Shown: positions 26,138-36,663, counted from the first letter of the stretch. The stretch is DNA of 64,000 bases from an uncultured Gammaproteobacteria bacterium (GCA_963798975.1 CAWCVU010000013.1:232-64231), one strand, 5' to 3'. The notes: generated from the sequence alone by a model not told the origin. Numbers and translations: made by a program.

Positions 26138-26596
26138 TTACTTAAGAGGCAACGCAGTTTTTTCAATAATATGATTTAAGACAAAACTAGACTGCACGTT
26201 ACTGACGCCTTCAAGCCGGGTTAATTTATTTAATAAAAAAGCCTGATAATCATCAAGATTACTGGCAACCACCTTAAGTAAATAATCAGCCAAATGCCCC
26301 GCGATTAAATAGCACTGTATCACTTCTGGATAAGCAGCTATGGCCTGCTCAAAGCCTTGCATGGTTTTTGAGTCATGATTATTTAAGCTCACTAATACCA
26401 TGATGGTTAAGTCTAAACCCAGCTTTTTAGGGTTAAGCAGGGCCACGTAATTTTTGATATATCCATCGTCCTCAAGCTGTTTTACCCGGCGTAAGCAGGA
26501 AGAGGGCGATAAAGCCACCTTTTCAGCCAAGTCTTGATTGCTGATCTGGCTATTAGTTTGTAAAAGCTCAAGAATTTTCTTATCCGTACGGTCCAT
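26138..26596 (-). CDS. lrp: Lrp/AsnC family transcriptional regulator
   Basis: HTH DKKILELLQTNSQISNQDLAEKVALSPSSCLRRVKQLEDDGYI plus a C-terminal RAM/AsnC_trans_reg domain. Divergent from leuA. Confidence 0.9.
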   Translation of the reverse strand: MDRTDKKILELLQTNSQISNQDLAEKVALSPSSCLRRVKQLEDDGYIKNYVALLNPKKLGLDLTIMVLVSLNNHDSKTMQGFEQAIAAYPEVIQCYLIAGHLADYLLKVVASNLDDYQAFLLNKLTRLEGVSNVQSSFVLNHIIEKTALPLK

Positions 26597-26621
26597 GGTT
26601 TTCTCCTGTTAAGCCAAATTA

Positions 26622-26667
26622 TAAAATATTATTCTATAAAATACAATATATATAAAATATTATTCTA
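26622..26667 (+). promoter_or_regulatory. Two direct copies of an Lrp-consensus-like box in the lrp-leuA intergenic region
   Basis: TAAAATATTATTCTA occurs at 26622-26636 and again at 26653-26667, spaced 31 bp apart. Each matches 14 of 15 positions of the E. coli Lrp SELEX consensus YAGHAWATTWTDCTR. Confidence 0.45.
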
Positions 26668-26751
26668 AAATATATAAAATATAACCAATATTTGCAATCA
26701 TTCGTATCCGATACCCGATAGACTAATTAAATAGACTTAGGAGCTAGGGTC

Positions 26752-28342
26752 ATGAAAACACAAGAACGCGTTTATATATTTGATACAACATTACGCGATG
26801 GTCAGCAATCGCCAGGCGCAGGCATGTCTTTTGCTGATAATTTACAATATGCTGAATATGCCGATGAATTAAAAATTGATATTTTAGAGGCTGGATTTCC
26901 TGGCGGCCACTAAAACGGATTTTTCGATAGTACAAGCCATTTCACAATTAATGGCAGATAAAAATTCAAATATGCGCATTGCAGGTCTTTGTCAATTACG
27001 TGAAGAACAATGCATTAAAACCATGGAAGCGCTTGCACCCTCGCAAAAGATCGCTAGGGCCAGAGTGCACACTTATGTGCCCGTTTCACCGCATTTAATG
27101 CAGGCATCATTAGGTGATTTAGCCCATCAGCCAGCACAAATAATTGAAACGCTTTATCATATTATTGCTATGGCACATCAAGCAGGTTATGAAGTCGAGT
27201 TTAGCCCTGAAGGTTATTCGCGTATGCAAAACAATTTTGATTTTACAACAGATTTGATTCGTGCAGCAGTAACTGCAGGTGTGAACGTTATAAATTGTCC
27301 GGATACCATAGGGGGTGCTTCAAAATACGAAGGCGAAAATTATTTTGTAAAAAATATGCAACGTCATGCGGATATTATTAAACGTGAATTTCCTGATAAA
27401 TCGATTATTTGGTCTGCACACTGTCATAATGATTTTGGTTTAGCCTTAGATAATACCATGAACGCTGTTTTTGAAGGACCTGCGCGACAGATAGAAGGTT
27501 GTATTAATGGGGTGGGAGAGCGAGCCGGCAATGTGGCCTTAGAGCAATGCATTATGTATATTAAACAGTTTGGCAATCAAGTCAATGAACGAGAGAATTT
27601 TTATACGGGTATTAATCCAACCCTGTTGCAGCGCATTTCCAATTTGATAAATGATAAAATGTTAAGCCGTCAACCACATTTTCCTATTGTAGGTAGCAAT
27701 GCTGCAAAACATACCTCAGGCGGTCATACCAATGCGATATTAAAAAACCCAATCGCCTATCAACCTTTTGATCCCAAAGAAATCGGTAATGAAATTAGTT
27801 TTGCCTTTGGACCCTTAAGTGGCAGTAATCATGCAAAAAAAATCATAGAACACTTTGGTTATCGTTGTGATACACATGAAAAAGTAAATATAGCGCAAGC
27901 GATTAAAGATTATTATAGTGATAGGCGTAAAGGCGTGACAGATGAAGAACTTATTCATGCTTATCTTGAATATAGAAAACCCATACAAATTACAGATTTT
28001 TCCTATGGTAAAAAAAATAATGATCATGTATTAGAGTTGCAGGGTAATTTTTTTGAACATAAAGAATATTTTAAAATAAATTATCAAGGCAGCGGTTCAG
28101 CCTTGTCAGCGCTCGAGCAAGCCATTTGTGCTAAAATGGGACCTATACATATAGAAAGCTACCAAAGTAAGGCCAAGGGTAAAAACATTACTGCTGTCAG
28201 TTTAAGCACTATAGTGATATCCACCCTTGATGAAAAAACATTTGAAGGCAGTGCAGAAGATCCGAATATTGAGATTTCAGCTTTAAAAGCATTGATTGAT
28301 GCAGCCAATAAAGCGTATATCGATAAACATTATATTTTGTAG
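26752..28342 (+). pseudogene. leuA: 2-isopropylmalate synthase, split by a +1 frameshift near nt 26901-26903
   Basis: ATG 26752 encodes MKTQERVYIFDTTLRDGQQSPGAGMSF...ILEAGFPGGH-stop (26911-26913). The continuation AATKTDFSIVQAISQLMADKNS... is in the +1 frame and joins ORF 26951..28342. Removing one G from CCTGGCGGCC restores GFPAA. Confidence 0.85.
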
Positions 28343-28352
28343 GAGTATATAA

Positions 28353-29752
28353 GTGAGCGGAAAAAATATTATTGATAAAATATGGGACACACATATCGTT
28401 GTTCAAGAACCAGGACATCCGGCCGTTTTTGCCATAGATTTAATGTTATTACATGAAGTCACTAGTGCTCAAGCTTTTCAACTTCTTAAAGAACGCAATT
28501 TGCCCGTATATCAACCCAAGCGTTGCATTGCGACTATTGATCACAGTGTACCCACGCGTAAAGATAGACAGATCTTTTATGATAACAGTGCAAAAAATCA
28601 AGTTGAACGTCTGCGCAGTGATGCTCAAAAACATGGCATAACGCTTTATGATTATGACAGTGGCCAACAAGGGATAGTGCATATTATCGGTCCTGAGCTT
28701 GGCGCAACGCAACCGGGTTTAACCATTATTTGTGGCGATTCTCACACCTCAACCCACGGTGCATTTGGTGCGCTCGCTTTTGGTGTAGGCTCATCTGAAA
28801 TTGGACACGCACTTGCCAGTGGCTGTTTATTATTAGATAAACCAAAAACCATGCGCGTGACTTTTAAAGGTGCACTTAAAAAAGGCGTTTATTCTAAAGA
28901 TATGATTATGAAATTAATTGCTAGCATCGGTATTGGTGGTGCTAATGGTCATATTATTGAATATACGGGCGAAGCAATTGAACGTATGTCGATGGAAGAG
29001 CGCATGACTATTTGTAATATGAGCATAGAATGTGGTGCGCGTGCGGGTTTAATTCAACCTGATGAAACGACCTTTGCTTATATAAAATCAAGACCCTATG
29101 CGCCCAAGCCAGAAGTGTGGGACAGTGCAGTTAATTATTGGAAAAGTTTAAGCAGTGATCAAGATGCTCATTATGATAAAGAAATAATAATCGATATTGA
29201 TTTACTAGAGCCCATGGTCACTTGGGGCACTAATCCTGCACAAGCCATAGCCATAAATGAGCGCATTCCAAAATTAATAGATTTGCCAATAGGCATGCAA
29301 GAATCGCACAGCAATGCTTTAAATTATGTGGCTTTAAAAGAGGGCGATCCGATAGTAGATACACCCATCGATTGGGCATTTGTAGGTTCTTGTACCAACG
29401 CGCGGATAGAAGATATGCGCATCGTTGCTAAAATTTTAGAAGGTAAAAAAATTAATCCAGAGGTAACCTTTTTCATAGTGCCTGGATCAGAGGCCGTATT
29501 AAAGCAAGTTAAAAATGAAGGCTTAGACAAAATCTTTGAAAATGCAGGCGCACAATTTAGAATGCCCGGATGCTCGCTCTGTATCGGCATGAATGATGAT
29601 AAAGTACCTCCGGGTAAACGTTGTATCTCTTCGTCGAATCGTAATTTGTTGGCCGACAAGGACCAGGCAGCAGAACACATTTGGCTTCACCTGCAACAGT
29701 TACTGCAAGTGCGCTAGCAGGTAAAATTGTCTCGCCTGTCAATTATATATAA
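28353..29752 (+). pseudogene. leuC: 3-isopropylmalate dehydratase large subunit, C-terminus frameshifted near nt 29644-29650
   Basis: Aconitase-family motifs are present (GDSHT, CTNARIED, PGCSLCIGMN). After SSSNRN the annotated frame reads [13 protein letters not shown]. Adding one T to AATTTG gives [34 protein letters not shown], the canonical LeuC end, stopping at 29750-29752. The observed length of 1400 nt is one short of a multiple of 3. Confidence 0.85.
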
Positions 29753-29762
29753 AGGAGCTGGC

Positions 29763-30335
29763 ATGAAAAAAATAACACAAATTTCCGGAAAAGTTATCCC
29801 TTTAGCGATGAATGATGTGGATACCGATTTAATTATTCCCGCACAATTTTTAACTAGCACGAGCATGTCCGGCTATGGTGAAAATGTATTTCGTCGCCTG
29901 CGCGATAGCGATCCTAATTTTGTATTTAATCAAGAAAAATATTCAGGCGCTAATATCATGGTGACACAAGATAACTTTGGTTGTGGTTCCTCAAGAGAGC
30001 ATGCGGTGTGGGCTTTATTAAATGCAGGTGTCAATGCCATTATTGCAGAATCATTCGCCGATATATTTTTTAATAATGCAGGAAAAAATGGTTTAATTTT
30101 AATTAAACAACCCGCGCATATTATCGAAAAATTGATTCATTTGGCCGATGGTCAATACAGTTTGACGATAGACATCACTAAGCAAATGCTCATAACAGCA
30201 GATAAACAATATCCATTTGAAATGGATCCCTTCTATCAACATTGCTTGGTCAATGGCCTAGATCATTTAGATTATTTATTAGCGCATAAAGCACAAATTT
30301 TGCAATGGAGTGAAAAAAATCATTATGCGACTTGA
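29763..30335 (+). CDS. leuD: 3-isopropylmalate dehydratase small subunit
   Basis: MKKITQISGKVIPLAMNDVDTDLIIPAQFL and GCGSSREHA. RBS AGGAG at 29753-29757. Confidence 0.9.
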   Translation: MKKITQISGKVIPLAMNDVDTDLIIPAQFLTSTSMSGYGENVFRRLRDSDPNFVFNQEKYSGANIMVTQDNFGCGSSREHAVWALLNAGVNAIIAESFADIFFNNAGKNGLILIKQPAHIIEKLIHLADGQYSLTIDITKQMLITADKQYPFEMDPFYQHCLVNGLDHLDYLLAHKAQILQWSEKNHYAT

Positions 30336-31410
30336 GAAAAAAATAGCAGTACTGGCAGGTGATGGCATAGGCCCGGAAGTGATGGCCCAAACCCTTAGGG
30401 TCTTAGATGCTGTTGCTCAAAAATTTGATTATCAATTTAATTATATTGAAGGCATGATAGGTGGGCAAGCCTATGATCATTATCAACAACATTGCCCTGA
30501 TGAGACTTTAGCGATTTGCCAACAAGCTGATGCCATATTATTCGGCTCTGTAGGCGGTCCGCTTAATGCACAGCACTTGCCTAAATGGCAAGGTTGCGAA
30601 ACCAATAGTATTTTAAAATTACGAAAGTATTTTAATTTTAATGTGAATATAAGGCCCTTTCAGGTTTACTCTGAATTACTTCATCATTGCCCCTTAAAAC
30701 CGGAAGTGATAGGTGAAGGTGTGGATTTCTTGGTTTTTCGTGAATTATTAGGCGGGATATATTTTGGTAAACACGAGCGATTAGTACAGAATAATCAACG
30801 CGCAAGTATTGACGAATGTACCTATGATGAATCGCAAATTGCAAATATAGCTCATGCTGCTTTTAAAGCAGCACAATTACGAAATAAAAGTCTATGCAGT
30901 GTCGATAAAGCCAATGTGCTGGCCACTTCAAAACTCTGGCGCGAAGTGGTTACCGAAGTAGGACAAGCCTACCCCGAGGTAAAACTTTCACATATGTTAG
31001 TCGATAATTGTGCCATGCAATTAGTTATTAATCCTAGACAATTTGATGTAATCCTCACCGAAAATATGTTCGGCGATATACTCTCAGATTTAGCCGCAGC
31101 GCTACCTGGATCTTTAGGACTTATTCCCTCAGCCAGTTTAAATGCACAGGGTAAAGGATTATTCGAACCTTCAGGTGGCTCAGCCCCAGATATCGAAGGT
31201 TTAGGCATCGCAAACCCCAGCGCACAAATTTTATCCGCAAGCATGATGCTTCGCTATTCATTCAATCTAGCAGAAGCAGCAAATGGAATAGAAAATTCCG
31301 TTAAAAACGTAATCAAACAAGGTATCATCACAAAAGATTTAGCAACAACAAACAGCGTTTCAACAAAAACATTTGTAGATGCTGTGATCGATAATATGAA
31401 AATACAATAA
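30325..31410 (+). CDS. leuB: 3-isopropylmalate dehydrogenase
   Basis: IAVLAGDGIGPEV, NMFGDILSD, GSAPDI motifs. The ATG at 30325 overlaps the leuD end by 11 nt. Confidence 0.9.
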   Translation: MRLEKKIAVLAGDGIGPEVMAQTLRVLDAVAQKFDYQFNYIEGMIGGQAYDHYQQHCPDETLAICQQADAILFGSVGGPLNAQHLPKWQGCETNSILKLRKYFNFNVNIRPFQVYSELLHHCPLKPEVIGEGVDFLVFRELLGGIYFGKHERLVQNNQRASIDECTYDESQIANIAHAAFKAAQLRNKSLCSVDKANVLATSKLWREVVTEVGQAYPEVKLSHMLVDNCAMQLVINPRQFDVILTENMFGDILSDLAAALPGSLGLIPSASLNAQGKGLFEPSGGSAPDIEGLGIANPSAQILSASMMLRYSFNLAEAANGIENSVKNVIKQGIITKDLATTNSVSTKTFVDAVIDNMKIQ

Positions 31411-31423
31411 TATTCCGAAGGGC

Positions 31424-33478
31424 TTATTTCATCGTAAGATCAATCTGTAAATTCTGTTGCGGATTTATATTAGCAGTATTAAATAATGCTTCCAATTTGC
31501 ATTCAAGTTTATTCCAGATATTATTGCTGTCTTGAAGATAAAATTTGCTTAATTCAGTTTGCATAAAGACAGCGAGATCTTTTTTATCATTTTCAGTCAT
31601 GCCTTGCGAAGGCATTGCTAATTTTTCATTTAATCTTGTTATAGAGCTTGAATCGCCATGTCGAATTATATTTTGCAATGGGCGTGTTGAGCTTGCCCCA
31701 TTACTATTTTTTTCAAAAGAAACGGTTTGTAGCTGCTGTACTAATGCATACCCCCATATTTTAAGGACGGATGCATCGCACTGTGGTGATAATTGATTGA
31801 GCCAGAAATTGCCTTGTTCACTCATCAATTTTAAGAAATCAAAACTTGCACCCTTTTCAATGAGCATACAGGCAATGTCTGCATGGCCATGGATAAGCAC
31901 ATCTTGCAGTGCACAAGTGCTGGCCAGTAAATTTCTATATTTAGTTATCGTTGCAGTATCATAATATTCTTTGCGTTCTAAATTACTGATAAGACCAGAT
32001 AGTTGTTCGGAATCAATGGTGCTTTTAGTATTGAGGATCTCTTTGGTCAAATCTTTACTATCGAGCAAACGTTTTATAATTGACCGCCACCGTGGCCCAT
32101 GATTATACTGAGGATTATTGCAATAATTGAGTACTGCAACCCTAATAAGTGGTAGGTTAACTACTATAATACTAGTGCCATAAGTGCCATTTTTAGCGGA
32201 TATAACAAATTCCATTGTGCCTGAATATAATTCACCTATAGATAAAAATAAATCTTTATTCGTTTCTAGCAATGCTGATAATTCTTGGTCATTACTTCGT
32301 TTTAATAAATTTTTAATAAGATAAGTACAGAGCGCTTGATACAATTCCCCCCAGCCATTTTTATCTTTATATTGACCTGATAGCAGTAATAGACCATACA
32401 TTTTTTTTGCTATTTCTGCTGAATCATTGTTTGTGATTAACAAACCTTGCGAAATCATCAGTTGCGCGTAGAGGGGAATCATGAATTCATCTTTAAATAA
32501 ATCAACGGGGGATATGCCAAACAGCTTGCTCATAACACTTCCATCTTCTGATGAATGCGACATTTGTTCGCTGACTTCTCCTTTAGAGCGTTTCATGATT
32601 CCGCCTAATTGTGCGATCATGGCTATTAGTGCAGGATTTTTCTTTCTGATAGCGACATCTAAGGCACTCTCACTTGTGGCTTTAAGTTCTAGATCAATAT
32701 CTACACCACGAAAGATTAAGCACTCAGAAATAACAGTCATATCGCTTAACAGTTCATGATGAAATGCACAAGGTTCTTCATCACTGCTGTGTGTATAGCT
32801 TGCTATGCCGAAAAGACGTTCTCTTAGCACATAGATTAATACGTCTGCCCATTTTTTCTTCTTCTCGTCTTGGGCGCTTACCATTAATAGTGCTAGTGCT
32901 TGAACAAGGTATGCATTCTTTAGTTCTTTATTATTGGGTAATTGAATGACCTCTAACAGTGCAGTGGTATATGCGCCTTGTTGGAAAAGCGTCAACACTG
33001 CATCGGGATCATCTCTTAGCATAGCCGCTTGCATGGATTGAGTATTCGCATCAAAATTTACTGATTTTGGAACATTAGCAGCATAAGCATTTATTTTTTC
33101 GATTAACTTTGTCCGATCATCTTTATTAAAAAATGCTATATAGTAATTTTTAATAAATCCTAATACGGATTTACGCGCATGCGGATTCGATAGATCCGCA
33201 ACAAAACAATACAAATCGTTGGTAATTTCTATAGCGGCTCGAACATTATAGAGATCATTGGCTGTGCGGCTTTTAACAAAAACCATTGGCGGCGGTCCTT
33301 GGTATTCAAGCGTTAATATGTCACCTTTTATTTTAGGGATATAGCCGCTGGGCGTATTTTTCTGCCCTTGAAGATCAGGCGAAAAATGTTTCAAATTTTT
33401 TATTATTGTCTTTATCTGGGTACATCCTATTCCCTTTATGCGTAATCGATTTGTTATGTTACCTATGTTATATGTCAA
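31424..33478 (-). CDS. Orphan 684-aa protein with ankyrin-like repeats; effector-like
   Basis: ANK-like segments: CALQDVLIHGHADIACMLIEKGASFDF, SALDVAIRKKNPALIAMIAQLGG and MQAAMLRDDPDAVLTLFQQGAYT. The TTG start is uncertain. Confidence 0.7.
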   Translation of the reverse strand: MTYNIGNITNRLRIKGIGCTQIKTIIKNLKHFSPDLQGQKNTPSGYIPKIKGDILTLEYQGPPPMVFVKSRTANDLYNVRAAIEITNDLYCFVADLSNPHARKSVLGFIKNYYIAFFNKDDRTKLIEKINAYAANVPKSVNFDANTQSMQAAMLRDDPDAVLTLFQQGAYTTALLEVIQLPNNKELKNAYLVQALALLMVSAQDEKKKKWADVLIYVLRERLFGIASYTHSSDEEPCAFHHELLSDMTVISECLIFRGVDIDLELKATSESALDVAIRKKNPALIAMIAQLGGIMKRSKGEVSEQMSHSSEDGSVMSKLFGISPVDLFKDEFMIPLYAQLMISQGLLITNNDSAEIAKKMYGLLLLSGQYKDKNGWGELYQALCTYLIKNLLKRSNDQELSALLETNKDLFLSIGELYSGTMEFVISAKNGTYGTSIIVVNLPLIRVAVLNYCNNPQYNHGPRWRSIIKRLLDSKDLTKEILNTKSTIDSEQLSGLISNLERKEYYDTATITKYRNLLASTCALQDVLIHGHADIACMLIEKGASFDFLKLMSEQGNFWLNQLSPQCDASVLKIWGYALVQQLQTVSFEKNSNGASSTRPLQNIIRHGDSSSITRLNEKLAMPSQGMTENDKKDLAVFMQTELSKFYLQDSNNIWNKLECKLEALFNTANINPQQNLQIDLTMK

Positions 33479-33566
33479 AAGTCAAAAATCATCACCCCTT
33501 GATTTGGTATGGGTTGACTTCATGGCTTATAATATAAGTTTATGATTACAACCTTAAGGGAACACT

Positions 33567-34551
33567 ATGCATATAAATAACCTAGTTAAGTTACTAAGTA
33601 AGCTATGTTTATTTAGCGTATTGCTTGTGGGCTGTGATCTCCTGCCTAATTCCTCTACTAAACCTATCTATACGGTAGCCCTTACTCAGTTTGCCGATAC
33701 CGCTGCATTAGTTGATTCCCATACGGGCATTATTGCTGGATTAAAAGCAAATGGTTATTCTGAAGGTATAAATTTAAAAATTATTTTTAAAAATGCGCAA
33801 GGGGATCTGCAAAATGCTGATAAAATTGCAGAGGATTTTATAAAACTTAAACCTAATTTAATCATTTCACTTTCAACACCTTCGACGCTTGCGGTGGTTA
33901 AAGCGGATCAACAAGCACAGATACCGATCGTTTTCTCAACGGTCACAGATCCAATTGCAGCTAAGATAGTACCGAATTTGACTCGATTCGGGTGGCCATA
34001 TCACAGGTGTGTATGATCTCCCGCCCGTAGCGCAACAGGTCAAGATGATCCGCATGATGATGCCTAGTTTGCAAACGATAGGTGTGGTGTATAACCCCAA
34101 TGAGGTCAATTCTATGCGCGTTATTGAACTCTTTAAAAATGTACCCAAAACTTTTAAAATTCTGATAGCGCAGGTGAGTATAGCAACAGAGGTTCCAGCC
34201 GCAGTAAATTCTTTAATGGGTAAAGTGGATGCGCTTTATATTCCCCAAGATAATACGGTGCAATCCTCAATAGACGCCGTGTTAAACATTACGCGTAATA
34301 ATCGCATACCTGTTTTTGCCAGTGATAATGGCTCTGTTCGTCTAGGTGCGCTGGCAGCAATAGCTGATAATCAATATGACGTGGGCTATCTCTCAGGTAG
34401 AATGGCCGCCTCAGTATTATCTGGAAAAGATCCCGGGCAAATGGATGTCGTTAGAATCCCTCACCCCAGTTTGTTTATTAATATCAAAACAGCAGATAAA
34501 TTAAATATAAAAGTCCCAGAAGTTTTATTTAATAAAGCCATTAAATACTAA
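33567..34551 (+). pseudogene. ABC-transporter substrate-binding protein (ABC_sub_bind/BMP-like), frameshifted near nt 33981
   Basis: ORFs 33567..34016 and 34009..34551 together are colinear with the intact paralog at 58298..59284. TVTDPIAAKIVPNL and then GGHITGVYDLPPVAQQVKM match AITDPVAAKLVPSLIQPGGHVTGVYDFPPIVEQVKLM. A single extra base around TTGACTC breaks the frame. Confidence 0.75.
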
Positions 34552-34623
34552 ATAACAGCGTTTTACCTGAATTAAGATCCCTTTTTATAATTACATCGTC
34601 AATATGGTGGTCATGTTAATCAA

Positions 34624-34669
34624 AGCTCTTGACTTGAAGTATGTAATGGTATAGCATTACATCAGTACA
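34624..34669 (+). promoter_or_regulatory. Promoter plus candidate TrpR operator upstream of trpBA (copy 1)
   Basis: AGCTCTTGACTTGAAGTATGTAATGGTATAGCATTACATCAGTACA. The -35 is TTGACT (34629-34634) and the -10 candidate TAGCAT follows a 17-bp spacer. The 20-bp palindrome TGTAATGGTATAGCATTACA (34642-34661) is self-complementary at 18 of 20 positions. It is nearly identical to the block at 36702-36748. Confidence 0.55.
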
Positions 34670-34699
34670 GCCTTTGCTGCAAAATAATATAGAGGTTTT

Positions 34700-35872
34700 A
34701 TGAAATTAAACAGCCGATTCGGTCAATATGGTGGTGTGTATGCTCCGGAAAGTTTAATCTCTATTCTCACAGAAGTAGAGCGTGGGTTTATTGATATTCA
34801 AAAAGATGCTGCGTTTCAAACGCGGCTGACAGCTCTTTTGCAAAACTATGCTGGACGTGAAACACCCATCACGCATTGTGAGCGCTTATCCAAAGAGTAT
34901 GGCCGCAAGATTTATTTAAAACGCGAAGATTTATTGCATGGCGGTGCCCATAAAACCAATAACGCCCTAGGTCAATTATTATTGGCGCAATATCTGGGTA
35001 AAACACGCATTATTGCCGAAACGGGCGCGGGGATGCATGGTGTAGCGACTGCGATGATAGGGGCAAAATTAGGAATGGATGTGACGGTATACATGGGTGC
35101 AGTTGATATTGCCCGTCAAGCGCCTAATGTGGCCCGGATGAAGTTATTTGGTGCCAAAGTGATCCCAGTTGAGTCTGGTGGTGCAACGCTCAAAGATGCG
35201 GTGAATGATGCCATGCGTGATTGGATTACACATCCAGATGATACGTATTATTGTTTTGGCACTGCGGCAGGACCGCATCCTTTTCCCGTGTTGGTTCGGT
35301 ATTTTCAATCAGTGATTGGACGCGAAGCGCGTGCGCAAATGATCGAACAAACCGGCAGTTTACCCGATGCGGTGTTTGCCTGTGTGGGTGGTGGCAGCAA
35401 TGCTATTGGGATTTTTTCTGGATTTTTAGACGATGCTGCTGTCAAAATTTATGGGGCAGAAGCGGCCGGATTCGGTATTGATTCTGGTCAACACGCAGCT
35501 ACTTTGCAAAAAGGAACTTCGGCGGTATTTCATGGCATGCATTCTTTATTTTTACAAAACGAAGATGGGCAAATTACTGAGCCTCATTCCATTTCAGCTG
35601 GGTTAGATTATCCTGGGATTGGTCCAGAGCACGCTCATTTGCATGATAATAAGCGCGTCATTTATTTAGGAGCAACTGATGATGAAGCCTTGGATGCCTT
35701 TGAAATTTTATCCAAAAAAGAAGGGATTATTCCGGCATTTGAATCCGCACATGCTGTGGCCTTAGCATTAAAAATGGCGAATACTTTCCCTGAAAATGCA
35801 AAATTATTGATTAATTTATCTGGGCGTGGCGATAAAGATTTAGACGCTTATATGAAATTGCGAGGTGTATAA
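34700..35872 (+). CDS. trpB: Tryptophan synthase beta chain
   Basis: LLHGGAHKTNN (PLP lysine), GAETGAGMHG-like and GGGSNAIG motifs. Confidence 0.95.
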   Translation: MKLNSRFGQYGGVYAPESLISILTEVERGFIDIQKDAAFQTRLTALLQNYAGRETPITHCERLSKEYGRKIYLKREDLLHGGAHKTNNALGQLLLAQYLGKTRIIAETGAGMHGVATAMIGAKLGMDVTVYMGAVDIARQAPNVARMKLFGAKVIPVESGGATLKDAVNDAMRDWITHPDDTYYCFGTAAGPHPFPVLVRYFQSVIGREARAQMIEQTGSLPDAVFACVGGGSNAIGIFSGFLDDAAVKIYGAEAAGFGIDSGQHAATLQKGTSAVFHGMHSLFLQNEDGQITEPHSISAGLDYPGIGPEHAHLHDNKRVIYLGATDDEALDAFEILSKKEGIIPAFESAHAVALALKMANTFPENAKLLINLSGRGDKDLDAYMKLRGV

Positions 35873-36663
35873 TGAACCGTTTTGAAATCTTATTTGCCTC
35901 TCCCACACAAAAAGCTTTTTTACCATTTTTTACTTTGGGTGACCCAACGATGTCTCAAAATCTGGACATTATTAAAGCCGTTATTGATGCGGGTGCCGAT
36001 GCACTTGAATTAGGCATTCCGTTTTCAGACCCCGTGGCTGATGGCCCAACGAATCAACGCTCGATGGCAAGAGCTTTAAAAGCAGGGGCGACGTTTGATA
36101 ACTGTTTGGAAGGCTTGCATCATTTACGAGCGTATGCGCCAAAATTGCCTATCGGATTGTTGCTGTATTACAATTTGATTCACCGCCGAGGAATGGACAA
36201 AGCCCATCGAGATTTAGCGCAAGCTGGGGTAGATGCCATTGTTTCGGCCGATTTGCCGATAGAGGAATCTTACGCCCATGAAGCCTCTTTAAAAAAACAC
36301 GGCATAGGCGCCATTCAAATGGTCGCACCCAATACACCGGATGCGCGTGCCATAGAACTCTTTGAGCGCTCCAGTGCGTTTACCTATGTTTTGAGTGGTT
36401 TTGGTGCCACAGGGGCCAAACAAAATGTCGATCCCAAAACCATTTTGCGCATCAAACAGTTACGTACCTTAACGCAAAAACCAATGGTTATCGGCTTTGG
36501 TATCAGCGCGCCGGATCATGTTCATACCGTCTGGGAAGCCGGTGCCAATGGCGCGATAGTCGGTAGTAAATTCACCAGTTTTATTGAAGCCAATTTGCAA
36601 AATCTTATAGTGGCTAAACAGCAAATTGTAGAATTTACCCAACAGGTGAAAAAGACTGTGTAA
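35872..36663 (+). CDS. trpA: Tryptophan synthase alpha chain
   Basis: LELGIPFSDPVADGPTNQ motif. The start overlaps the trpB stop. Confidence 0.95.
   Translation: MNRFEILFASPTQKAFLPFFTLGDPTMSQNLDIIKAVIDAGADALELGIPFSDPVADGPTNQRSMARALKAGATFDNCLEGLHHLRAYAPKLPIGLLLYYNLIHRRGMDKAHRDLAQAGVDAIVSADLPIEESYAHEASLKKHGIGAIQMVAPNTPDARAIELFERSSAFTYVLSGFGATGAKQNVDPKTILRIKQLRTLTQKPMVIGFGISAPDHVHTVWEAGANGAIVGSKFTSFIEANLQNLIVAKQQIVEFTQQVKKTV

Noticed and set aside
26750-26935. Minus-strand ORF of 61 aa in the lrp-leuA region.
   Set aside because: It is antisense to the clearly recognisable N-terminal fragment of leuA (MKTQERVYIFDTTLRDGQQSPG...).
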